A stretch of DNA of 64,000 nucleotides, from the NCBI GenBank assembly GCA_965223265.1, contig OZ244999.1, forward strand, positions 3,061,092-3,125,091, read 5' to 3'. The position numbers and the translations under genes were made by a program. This document shows positions 9,471 through 18,363 of this stretch, piece after piece (position 1 is the first letter of the stretch; every line of letters begins with the position of its first letter). This stretch comes from Planctomycetota bacterium (GTDB lineage Bacteria; Planctomycetota; UBA8108; SXIK01). A model generated the notes under the pieces. That model ran no database searches and had not been told where the DNA came from. It saw only the letters and a list, made by a program, of their open reading frames with translations.

Positions 9471-11621
9471 ATGAACAACGGCGTTAGTGTATGGGTCTGG
9501 AGCGCGCTTCTCTCGATGAGCATCGGAGCGAGTGCCGAATCACGTCTCGAAGGTGCGGTGCGCTCGTTCGTCCTCGTTAAGTTCTCAGCAGACGCGCCAG
9601 CTATTGAACGACAAGCAGCCTTGAATGCTCTTCGCCGCAAGGCTGTAGAGATCGATGAGTGGTCGGGTTTTCAGTGCGGTGTCAACAACAGCCCCGAAGG
9701 GCTGGACCAGTCGTTCACGCATGGGTTCGTGGTTACGTATCCCGACAGGGACGCCGTCCAGAGGTATCGAAACGGCCAAGACGCAGAGGAACTGAGGGGC
9801 GTTTTCGCGCCGCTCGTGGAGCGCGTGTTCGTCTTCGATCTCGAAGTCGAGGAAGCGGCACCTGCTGCTGAGCCGGGGCGAACACATCACTTGGTGTTTT
9901 TTCGCTACAAGGCGAGCGTCAATGCTGAGAAGCGCCAGGAGATCATGCACGCCTTTCGTCGCTTGCCGCTGCACATCCCTGGGTTGATCCAATGCGAGGC
10001 AGGAACCAATGTCGGGCCGGTAGAGCTCGGGCTTGGTTTCGACCACGGGTATCTCCTGACGTACGTGAATGCGCGAGCCCGTGACGACTATTTGCCACAT
10101 CCGAAACACCAAGAGTTCGTCGACCTCGTCAAGCCGGAGCTCGACGGCGTTCTTGTACTCGATTTCACAGTCGCCCCGGCGGACGGGGCGCTCTTTGTGA
10201 CGCAAGGGCTCGAGCCATATCGTGTCTACCAGCGCAACGCGCAGGGCGTCGCAGACATTGCGTTCGCGGGGACGTCGGGTTATGACGGCGTGCTCCAAGG
10301 GCGTGTCTTGAAAGGCCGGCGCATCGTCCCTGAGTTCGATTGGCAACCAGTTGGCGAGGTCGCCGGAGGTGTGTTTGACGCTCAGCTCACGGCCGTACCA
10401 GTTGGCGGCGAGTACAGTGTCGAGCTGCGACAGCTTGATCGCCTCGGGAATGTGATTCGCAGCACCTCCGTGCATCACGTGCTGGTCGGTGATTTGTGGA
10501 TTCTTGCCGGTCAGTCGAACATGCAGGGGGTGGGATTGCTGCACAATGCCGAGACGCCGAGCGATCTCGTTCACGTCTACAGCATGGCGCATCGCTGGGA
10601 GCTGGCTGTTGAGCCACTTCACTGGCTTGTCGATTCTCCTGACGTCGTCCACTCGGGGCGTTATTTCAAGTCGCCAATGAACGAAGCCGCACGGCACGCG
10701 GTACGTGACTCACAGCGAACAACTCGTAGTCGTGGGGCAGGGTTAGGGCTCCCTTTTGCAAAGGAACTCGTTCGGCGTACCGGTGTGCCAGTGGGCCTCA
10801 TCGCCTCAGCCCACGGCGGTACCTCGACTCGACAATGGGATCCACAGCTACGCGACAAAGGAGGCGAGTCGCTCTACGGGTCGATGTACAAGCAGGTCCT
10901 GCGCGCCGGCGGCAAGGTGCGTGGTGTCCTGTGGTACCAAGGAGAGGCTGATGCGAATCGCGGCGAGGCCGACGGGTATTTCGAGCGACTTCGAGGCATC
11001 GTCGACGCCGTTCGTTCCGATCTCGGTGACGCGCGGTTGTCGTTCTACTTGGTTCAGCTCGGTCGATTCCCTACTGATCGGGACGTCGCTGAAGGCTGGA
11101 ACTCCGTCCAGGAAGCGCAGCGTCGCATCGCGGACGAGTTATTGCGAACCGCGGTCGTTCCGGCCATCGATCTGCAGCTCGATGACCGCATCCACATCGG
11201 TACGGATGGGCTGAAGCGTCTAGGGCATCGACTCGCTAAGGTGGCGCACTCCCAACTCTCGGGCGGGGCGAGCCTGAGCTCCGGACCGCGGCTGACGGGC
11301 ATTCAAGTTGAGGAGGGCGGCGACGCCATCCGCGTCTCCTACCGCCAAGTGAACGGACGACTCTTGCCAGAAGGTCACGTCGCGGGATTCAGCATCGCAG
11401 ACGGCGACGGCAACGATTTACCGATCATCTACCGGGCGCAGGTCGACCCTGAACAGCCGCACTCCGTCCTCATTCGACTTTCCCGGCCCATCGCCGTGAA
11501 AAACTCGCTCAGCTACGGCAAAGGTCTCGACCCCGTTTGCAACTTGGTCGACACAGAAGACATGGCAGCTCCCGTTTTTGGGCCGCTCGAAATCCCATCT
11601 TCCCTCCCAGCGAATCGTTGA
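9471..11621 (+). CDS. secreted fusion of two Dabb (stress-responsive alpha/beta barrel) domains and a SASA/DUF303 sialate-O-acetylesterase-like SGNH domain
   Basis: ATG 9471 gives the signal peptide MNNGVSVWVWSALLSMSIGASA. The two Dabb-like modules are VRSFVLVKFSADAP... and THHLVFFRYKASVN...YLPHPKHQEF. The esterase carries the nucleophile block LWILAGQSNMQG, then VLWYQGEAD and DDRIHIG. Confidence 0.7.
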   Translation: MNNGVSVWVWSALLSMSIGASAESRLEGAVRSFVLVKFSADAPAIERQAALNALRRKAVEIDEWSGFQCGVNNSPEGLDQSFTHGFVVTYPDRDAVQRYRNGQDAEELRGVFAPLVERVFVFDLEVEEAAPAAEPGRTHHLVFFRYKASVNAEKRQEIMHAFRRLPLHIPGLIQCEAGTNVGPVELGLGFDHGYLLTYVNARARDDYLPHPKHQEFVDLVKPELDGVLVLDFTVAPADGALFVTQGLEPYRVYQRNAQGVADIAFAGTSGYDGVLQGRVLKGRRIVPEFDWQPVGEVAGGVFDAQLTAVPVGGEYSVELRQLDRLGNVIRSTSVHHVLVGDLWILAGQSNMQGVGLLHNAETPSDLVHVYSMAHRWELAVEPLHWLVDSPDVVHSGRYFKSPMNEAARHAVRDSQRTTRSRGAGLGLPFAKELVRRTGVPVGLIASAHGGTSTRQWDPQLRDKGGESLYGSMYKQVLRAGGKVRGVLWYQGEADANRGEADGYFERLRGIVDAVRSDLGDARLSFYLVQLGRFPTDRDVAEGWNSVQEAQRRIADELLRTAVVPAIDLQLDDRIHIGTDGLKRLGHRLAKVAHSQLSGGASLSSGPRLTGIQVEEGGDAIRVSYRQVNGRLLPEGHVAGFSIADGDGNDLPIIYRAQVDPEQPHSVLIRLSRPIAVKNSLSYGKGLDPVCNLVDTEDMAAPVFGPLEIPSSLPANR

Positions 11622-11629
11622 GGACATGC

Positions 11630-12541
11630 ATGCCGACGAACGCTGATTCGACGCAAGTCATCATCACCGCCGTCGGACCGGATAACCGGCGGCTCGCCGA
11701 CCCGATCATTCACTTCGTCAGTGGAGCGGGGGCGAACATCAGCGAGATTCAGATGTACGATCGCGACGCGCGGCACGTGTTCGCGATGCTCCTGCGTCTC
11801 AACTGGCCAAGCGAGGCGGGAAGTCTCGAAGGGCTCGAGGAAGCGATGGGGCGCATCGGCAACGAGAAAGGGCTTTCGATTCGTACGTGGTGGAGGCCGA
11901 CCAATCGACGCCCGCGTCTCGCCGTTTGCACGACCCACCGCACGGAGCCAGCACTGGCAGTGCTGCGCGCCATGCGCGACGGTCAACTCGAGGCGGAGCC
12001 GGCGGTGATGATTGGCAACCGGCCAACGTGTCGTTCTGTCGCAGAACAGTTCGACGTGGCGTGGCGTATGATCGGCGACGAACAGGGCGAGCCTGACAGT
12101 GATCGCATGGTCGACCTGTTCGACGAGTTCGGGGTCGATTACGTCGTCCTTGCGCGCTACATGCGCATTCTACCGGCATCGGTTGTTTGGAAGTTCGCCG
12201 GCGGGCGCATCATCAATCTGCACCACGGGCTGCTGCCGGCGTTTCCGGGTCTGCGGCCGTATCACGACGCGTATGCTTGTCGCATGCTGACCTATGGAGC
12301 GACGATACACTTTATCGTCCCAGAGCTCGATGCGGGCAACCAGATCATCCACCAATCGGCGTTTAGCGTGCCTCCCGGAACATCAATTGACGAGATTGTT
12401 CGTCGTGGAGTCACCGACCATGAGCCCCAGTGTCTTGTGGAGGGATTGCGACGTGTCGTCGACCACGAAGTAGAGCTCCACTTTCACCGCGTCGTCGGTA
12501 CCGAGGGGCGCTCACCGTCGCGAAGAATGGGCTTGAAATAG
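11630..12541 (+). CDS. purU: formyltetrahydrofolate deformylase
   Basis: ATG 11630 is 9 nt after the upstream stop. The N-terminus is ACT-like (VIITAVGPDNRRLADPIIHFVSGAGANISEIQMYD). The formyltransferase core reads RIINLHHGLLPAFPGLRPYHDA and ATIHFIVPELDAGNQI. Confidence 0.85.
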   Translation: MPTNADSTQVIITAVGPDNRRLADPIIHFVSGAGANISEIQMYDRDARHVFAMLLRLNWPSEAGSLEGLEEAMGRIGNEKGLSIRTWWRPTNRRPRLAVCTTHRTEPALAVLRAMRDGQLEAEPAVMIGNRPTCRSVAEQFDVAWRMIGDEQGEPDSDRMVDLFDEFGVDYVVLARYMRILPASVVWKFAGGRIINLHHGLLPAFPGLRPYHDAYACRMLTYGATIHFIVPELDAGNQIIHQSAFSVPPGTSIDEIVRRGVTDHEPQCLVEGLRRVVDHEVELHFHRVVGTEGRSPSRRMGLK

Positions 12542-12801
12542 GTCTGGCGCTCGGCGACACTCCTGCATTCCCCGCCCGGGATCGTTGCGGCGGCTCGTCT
12601 GGCCAAAGCTCAACGGGAGTCTTGTGAGGCCCGTGCGAGTCCATCGAACCGACCACCCGAGTCGAGTTCCTCGCGCCGATTCCCCGAGGGGGCTCGCGGC
12701 GATTCCTTCGGAGTCGGTGGAACGATGCGGTCCGGGCTGGGCGTGATCACGCTCCGATTCGTGCTGCTCAAGTTCGAGAGTCAACAGGAGAAGTAGAGTC
12801 T

Positions 12802-13602
12802 ATGGCCACCGCGCAGCGTACGGCCCTCAAGCGTGGCTTCGGGGCGACGTCTCGTCGTGACGCCTGGTGGAAGGCGCCCGTCCTGACGTTCCTGGGGCTG
12901 TCAGCGTTCATCATCTATTCGACGTGGGCCGCTTTTCAGGCTGAGCACTTCGCATCAGGCCCTTACCTGTCGCCGTTCTACTCGCCGCTGATCTTCAGTC
13001 CCGACCCGGAGCACGTGCACCATAGCTGGTTCGGTGAAAACCCCAGCTGGTTCCCGTTTTCTCCGGCGTTCTTGATTTTGTGGGCACCGGCTGGATTTCG
13101 ACTCACGTGTTACTACTATCGCGGTGCGTACTACAAGGCGTTTTGGGCTGACCCGCCGGCTTGCGCCGTCGGCGAACCTCGTGCCAAATACCTTGGCGAA
13201 AACTCTTTGCCGCTCGTGTTGCAAAATCTCCATCGCTACTTTCTTTACGTTGCGATTTGCTTTCTGTTTCTCCTGGCGTACGACGCGTGGAAGGCGATGT
13301 GGTTTCAGACTGCGGGCGGTGAGCACGAGTTCGGGATCGGCATTGGAACGATCGTGTTAACGATCAACGTGGTGTTGTTGAGTGGATATACGCTCGGGTG
13401 CCACTCGCTACGCCATCTGATCGGTGGCTTCATGAACCATCTGTCGCGTTCGCCGGCGCGGCAGCAGGCTTACCGGTGCGTCAGTTGTCTCAACCGCGGC
13501 CACATGCGTTGGGCGTGGTGCAGCCTCTTTTGGGTCGGGTTTTCCGACGTCTATGTTCGCCTTTGTTCTATGGGGATTTGGACCGACTGGAGGCTGATCT
13601 GA
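12802..13602 (+). CDS. sdhC: succinate dehydrogenase/fumarate reductase cytochrome b membrane anchor (single-subunit, 5-TM type)
   Basis: Hydrophobic 266-aa protein with about 5 TM helices and conserved His residues. Its stop overlaps the sdhA ATG by 1 nt (TGATG at 13600-13604). The family assignment comes mostly from position and topology. Confidence 0.6.
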   Translation: MATAQRTALKRGFGATSRRDAWWKAPVLTFLGLSAFIIYSTWAAFQAEHFASGPYLSPFYSPLIFSPDPEHVHHSWFGENPSWFPFSPAFLILWAPAGFRLTCYYYRGAYYKAFWADPPACAVGEPRAKYLGENSLPLVLQNLHRYFLYVAICFLFLLAYDAWKAMWFQTAGGEHEFGIGIGTIVLTINVVLLSGYTLGCHSLRHLIGGFMNHLSRSPARQQAYRCVSCLNRGHMRWAWCSLFWVGFSDVYVRLCSMGIWTDWRLI

Positions 13603-15425
13603 TGGCGGAGTACAGCACTCACCAACACGACGTGCTCGTCGTCGGTGCGGGCGGCGCCGGCCTTCGTGCCGCCATCGAGGCCTCGGCTGCCGGAGTCTCG
13701 GTGGGACTTGTCTGCAAGTCGCTCCTCGGCAAGGCGCACACGGTCATGGCAGAAGGTGGCGTCGCCGCAGCGCTGGCGAACGTCGACGATCGTGACGATT
13801 GGAAGACTCATTTTGCAGACACGATGCGAGGTGGTCAGTACGTCAACAACTACCGTATGGCTGAGCTGCACGCGAAGGAGGCTCCTGATCGGGTGCGAGA
13901 GCTCGAGGCGTGGGGGGCGGTCTTTGATCGCACGAAAGACCAGCGTATTCTGCAGCGCAACTTCGGTGGCCACAAGTACCCGCGTCTTGCGCATGTTGGC
14001 GATCGCACCGGGCTCGAGATGATCCGCACGCTTCAGGATCACGGGATCCACCAAGGGATCGACGTCCACATGGAGTGTACGGTTGTGCAGCTTTTGAAAG
14101 ACGGCGACCGAGTCTGTGGGGCGCTCGCCTACGACCGCGAGCGCGGCAAATTTCGCCTCTTTCACGCCGCTGCGATCGTTCTCGCGACAGGCGGCTTCGG
14201 TCGGGCCTTCAAAATCACAAGCAACAGTTGGGAGTACACGGGCGACGGTCACGCGCTCGCGTACGACGCAGGCGCCGAGCTGCGCGACATCGAGTATGTT
14301 CAGTTTCATCCGACGGGCATGGTGTGGCCGCCGAGTGTACGAGGAATTCTCGTCACTGAAGGTGTCCGCGGCGAAGGGGGCATCTTGCGCAATGGTGACG
14401 GCAAACGTTTCATGTTCGAGGATATCCCGGAGCTCTACAAGAGCTCGACGGCCGACAACGAAGAGGAGGGGTGGAGATACACCCAGGGTGACAAGGACGC
14501 GCGACGACCGCCGGAGCTCCTGACGCGCGATCATGTCGCGCGCTGTATTGTTCATGAAATCAAAGAAGGGCGTGGCAGTCCGCACGGCGGTGTTTTTCTC
14601 GACATCGCGTGGATCAAAGAGAAGATTGGCGACTCGGAAGCTCACATTCGGCGCAAGCTTCCAAGCATGTATCACCAGTTTAAGGAGCTGGCGAACATCG
14701 ATATCACCAAGGAGCCGATGGAGGTAGGGCCGACCACTCACTACGCCATGGGCGGGATCAGCGTCGATGGCGACTCACAGATGTCGACAGTGCCGGGTCT
14801 GTTCGCAGCCGGTGAGTGCGCCGGGGGCATGCACGGAGCCAATCGCCTGGGCGGCAACTCGCTCTCCGATTTGCTCGTCTTCGGTAAGCGGGCTGGCCAA
14901 TACGCTGCTTCGTTTGCGAAAGAGAAAGGCTTTGCAGCGATCAACGAGGCGGACGCCACGGCTGCCGTGAAGAAAGCTCTGGAGCCGCTTGAGCGACAAG
15001 ATTCTGGTGGTGGCGGTGAAGCCGCGTATGCGATTCAGTACGAGCTTCAAGAGGCCATGCAGGATCTTGTCGGCATTGTTCGCACAGAATCAGACCTACA
15101 AAAGGCGCTCGAGACGATCCGGTCGTTGGCTGAGCGGTCACAAAACGTCAGTGTGCCAGGCAACCGCGAATACAATCCCGGTTGGCACACTGCACTGGAT
15201 TTGCACAACCTCCTAACGGTCTCTGAGGCCGTGGCAGCGGCGGCGCTGGAGCGCAAGGAAAGTCGGGGAGCACACTTCCGGGAAGATTATCCCGAGAAGA
15301 ATGCGGAGTGGGGGCAGACGACGCTCGTCATCTACAAGGGAAATGATGGTTCGATGCAAGTCCGCCGCGATTCGGTACCGCCATTGCCTGACGAACTGAC
15401 GCAGATCATCGAGGACAATAAGTGA
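13602..15425 (+). CDS. sdhA: succinate dehydrogenase/fumarate reductase flavoprotein subunit
   Basis: FAD fold HDVLVVGAGGAGLRAAIEA, flavinylation-site block KAHTVMAEGG, plus VQFHPTG and ANRLGGNSLSDLLVFG. The track ORF start at 13398 is an upstream extension into sdhC. Confidence 0.95.
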   Translation: MAEYSTHQHDVLVVGAGGAGLRAAIEASAAGVSVGLVCKSLLGKAHTVMAEGGVAAALANVDDRDDWKTHFADTMRGGQYVNNYRMAELHAKEAPDRVRELEAWGAVFDRTKDQRILQRNFGGHKYPRLAHVGDRTGLEMIRTLQDHGIHQGIDVHMECTVVQLLKDGDRVCGALAYDRERGKFRLFHAAAIVLATGGFGRAFKITSNSWEYTGDGHALAYDAGAELRDIEYVQFHPTGMVWPPSVRGILVTEGVRGEGGILRNGDGKRFMFEDIPELYKSSTADNEEEGWRYTQGDKDARRPPELLTRDHVARCIVHEIKEGRGSPHGGVFLDIAWIKEKIGDSEAHIRRKLPSMYHQFKELANIDITKEPMEVGPTTHYAMGGISVDGDSQMSTVPGLFAAGECAGGMHGANRLGGNSLSDLLVFGKRAGQYAASFAKEKGFAAINEADATAAVKKALEPLERQDSGGGGEAAYAIQYELQEAMQDLVGIVRTESDLQKALETIRSLAERSQNVSVPGNREYNPGWHTALDLHNLLTVSEAVAAAALERKESRGAHFREDYPEKNAEWGQTTLVIYKGNDGSMQVRRDSVPPLPDELTQIIEDNK

Positions 15426-16189
15426 TGGCCACAGCCACTTTCAGGATTTGGCGCGGCGACAAGGACGGCGGAACGTTCGAAGACTATAGCACTGAAGTGA
15501 CCGACGGCATGGTCGTTCTCGATGCGGTGCATCAGATCCAAGCCGAATCGGCGAATGATCTTGCCGTGCGTTGGAACTGCAAGGCCGGGAAGTGCGGTTC
15601 GTGCTCTGCCGAGGTGAACGGCGTTCCGAAGCTCATGTGCATGACGCGTTTGGACGATGTGCCGCTTGACGAGCCCGTCAAGATTGAGCCGATCAAGGCG
15701 TTCCCGCAGATTAAAGACTTGGTCACGGACGTCAGCTGGAACTTTGAGGTGAAGAAGAAGATCAAGAAGTTCACGCCTCGCCCTCCGGACGCTCCCGATG
15801 GAACGTGGCGAATGGCTCAGGAAGACATCGATCGCGTGCAAGAATTTCGCAAGTGCATCGAGTGTTACCTGTGTCAAGACGTTTGCCACGTGCTGCGGGA
15901 ACACGCGAAGCACGAGGAGTTCATCGGGCCGCGCTTTTTCGTCCACGTCGCCGGCTTGGAGATGCACCCGCTCGACACGGAGGATCGCCTTGAGGAACTC
16001 AAGAGTGCCTACTCCATTGGCTACTGCAACATCACGAAGTGCTGCACTCACGTCTGCCCTGAGCACATCACGATCACCGACAACGCGATCATTCCGCTGA
16101 AGGAGCGCGTCGTTGATCGTTTTTATGATCCGCTGAAGAAGTTGTTCCGAGTTTTTACTGGGAAGGCCGGAGGCGCGAGCAGCAAGTAG
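15425..16189 (+). CDS. sdhB: succinate dehydrogenase/fumarate reductase iron-sulfur subunit
   Basis: Cluster motifs CKAGKCGSCSAEVNG (2Fe-2S), CIECYLCQDVC (4Fe-4S) and CTHVCP (3Fe-4S). The start overlaps the sdhA stop (GTGATG). Confidence 0.9.
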   Translation: MATATFRIWRGDKDGGTFEDYSTEVTDGMVVLDAVHQIQAESANDLAVRWNCKAGKCGSCSAEVNGVPKLMCMTRLDDVPLDEPVKIEPIKAFPQIKDLVTDVSWNFEVKKKIKKFTPRPPDAPDGTWRMAQEDIDRVQEFRKCIECYLCQDVCHVLREHAKHEEFIGPRFFVHVAGLEMHPLDTEDRLEELKSAYSIGYCNITKCCTHVCPEHITITDNAIIPLKERVVDRFYDPLKKLFRVFTGKAGGASSK

Positions 16190-16256
16190 GTGTCGTTCGA
16201 GGTTGGCGGCGCAGCGCTTGACTCGAGGACGGGCCGCACCAGCTCTCCCTGGCGAC

Positions 16257-18176
16257 TCAGTTCTCGCCTTGCTTGAGCGCTGCCGCTTCACTGAGGATCG
16301 CATGCATGCGTTCGACCAGCTCATGCGGGTCGCTCAGGTATCCATCCATGAGCATGGCTCCTTCGAAGAGCTGCTCGCAGGCCTGCGTTACGAAGGGATC
16401 TTCGGCGTCTCGGCTCACAAGTGTTTGAAGGTGAGCGATCAGAGGATGACGGGCGTTGATCTCCAGCGTGCGGACGGGGAGACTTTCATCCTTGTTGATC
16501 AGGCGAAAGACTTTCTCCATGTGGCCGGAGACGTCATCGCTCACCAGGCATGCTGGCGAGTCAACGAGTCGGTCACTCTTTCGCACTTCTTTCACCTTCT
16601 CACCCAAGATTTCCTTGAACCGAGCGATGAGTTTTGACGTGTCAGCCTCGGGGGCTGGCTCCGGTGCGTCTTCGCTCTTTTGACCATCCGCTGCTGCCTG
16701 AACCTCACGTAGCTCTTCGGGCGAGACGTGCTCGGCAGACTTCAGCTCCTTTTCTTCGTAACGGCCGACCGACCCGAGGACGAACTCGTCGGCAACGTCG
16801 TACAAGTAGAGCACCTCGATGCCTTTGGAGCGAAAGAGCTCGAGGCGCGGATCGCGCTCAAGCGCAGCACGAGAGTTGCCCGTGAGGTAGTAGATGGCGT
16901 CTTGCTTCTCCGGCATGCGTTCGACGTAGTCGGCGAGACTGCAAAGGCTCTTGTCATCGTCGCCGTGCGACGAGTTGAATCGCCACAGTTCATGCAGCGC
17001 TTCGCGGTGTGCGAAATCGGAATAGCCTTCTTTGAGGATTCTGCCGAAGGCATGCCAGAACTCTGCATACTTCTCGTCGTCTTCCTTGGCAAGATCGCTG
17101 AGTTGACTGAGAAGTTTCTTTGTCAGGGTGTCGCGGATCTTGGCGACGAGTGGATTTTCTTGGAGTGTCTCGCGCGAGACATTGAGCGGGAGATCTTCCG
17201 ATTCTACGACTCCTCTGACAAAGCGTAGGTACTTAGGCAGCAGCTCTTTGTTCTCTCCATCGATGAGAATTCGTTTTACGTAGAGCTGCAGGCTGACCTC
17301 GCCTTGGCCGAAGCCGATCATCTCGCTACTAGTCTTTGGCACGAAGAGGAGCGCCGAGAACTGTAGCGGGACGTCGACCGACAGGTGCTGGCGTAGGAGC
17401 GGTGCTTCTGTGTCGTAGCTCAAGAACTTGTAGAATTCGTCGTACTGTTCTGCTTTGACTTGATGTGGCTGCTCACGCCAGACCGCGGTCGTTTGATTGA
17501 CTTGCTTCTCCCCGACATATACGGGGAAGGCGACGAAATTGGAGTACTTGCGAATGGCTTCTTCGATGGACTCAGCGACCGCGAAGCGTCCTTCGTCCTT
17601 CTTTAGTTCGATCTCGATGCTCGTCCCGCGCGGCAGTGATTCGTCGGTGGAGCGAACGCTAAAGCTGCCGTGACCGTCACTCTCCCAAATGATCGGAGTG
17701 GCATCTGGTTCAACGGAGCGGCTTTTGACCACTACGCGATCGGCGACCATGAAGACGGAGTAGAATCCGACGCCGAAACGCCCGATGAGACTCAGGTCGT
17801 CGGCTCCTTGAAGCGACTTGAGTTGTTCAAGAAAAGCTGTCGCTCCGCTGTGGGCGATGGTGCCGAGGTTCGTTTTCGCTTCGTCGGCAGTGAGGCCAAT
17901 CCCCGTGTCTGTGATGACGAGTTTTTTAGGTGCCTCTTCTGAATCGCCGGGTTTGCACTCGATGCGGATTTCAAGGGCCGCATCCACATCTGCGATGCTG
18001 TTTCCCTGCACCTTGAGAAAACGCACTTTCTCAAGAGCGTCGGCGGCATTGGAGACGAGCTCACGTATGAAGATGTCTTTTGCGGTGTAGACCGAATGAA
18101 TGAGAATGTCTAGAAGTTGCCGAACTTCCGCTTGAAACTCGAACGACTCGGTCGTTTGCTCTGACGTCTTGGACAT
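16257..18176 (-). CDS. htpG: molecular chaperone HtpG (Hsp90)
   Basis: The N-terminal GHKL ATPase reads FQAEVRQLLDILIHSVYTAKDIFIRELVSNAADALEK and IGRFGVGFYSVFMVAD. At 639 aa it has full Hsp90 architecture. Confidence 0.95.
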   Translation of the reverse strand: MSKTSEQTTESFEFQAEVRQLLDILIHSVYTAKDIFIRELVSNAADALEKVRFLKVQGNSIADVDAALEIRIECKPGDSEEAPKKLVITDTGIGLTADEAKTNLGTIAHSGATAFLEQLKSLQGADDLSLIGRFGVGFYSVFMVADRVVVKSRSVEPDATPIIWESDGHGSFSVRSTDESLPRGTSIEIELKKDEGRFAVAESIEEAIRKYSNFVAFPVYVGEKQVNQTTAVWREQPHQVKAEQYDEFYKFLSYDTEAPLLRQHLSVDVPLQFSALLFVPKTSSEMIGFGQGEVSLQLYVKRILIDGENKELLPKYLRFVRGVVESEDLPLNVSRETLQENPLVAKIRDTLTKKLLSQLSDLAKEDDEKYAEFWHAFGRILKEGYSDFAHREALHELWRFNSSHGDDDKSLCSLADYVERMPEKQDAIYYLTGNSRAALERDPRLELFRSKGIEVLYLYDVADEFVLGSVGRYEEKELKSAEHVSPEELREVQAAADGQKSEDAPEPAPEADTSKLIARFKEILGEKVKEVRKSDRLVDSPACLVSDDVSGHMEKVFRLINKDESLPVRTLEINARHPLIAHLQTLVSRDAEDPFVTQACEQLFEGAMLMDGYLSDPHELVERMHAILSEAAALKQGEN

Positions 18177-18234
18177 CGGTGTGTTCGCTCCCGGTATTCA
18201 TGCGCGATCATAGGTTGAGCGAGCGAAAGCCGCC

Positions 18235-18262
18235 GCGAGTAACGACACGTGTTGCTACTCGC
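18235..18262. promoter_or_regulatory. 28-bp near-perfect palindrome upstream of htpG (candidate heat-shock operator)
   Basis: GCGAGTAACGACACGTGTTGCTACTCGC has 24 of 28 positions self-complementary. It lies 59-86 nt upstream of the htpG ATG (18176). Confidence 0.35.
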
Positions 18263-18363
18263 AGGACCGCTTTGCTGTCACGTGCGCGATGACGTCTATT
18301 TTTAACGAGGCGCGTCTCCTAGTGCAACCGGTGCACGCAGCTGTAGCCTTCGAGGCGGAGACA

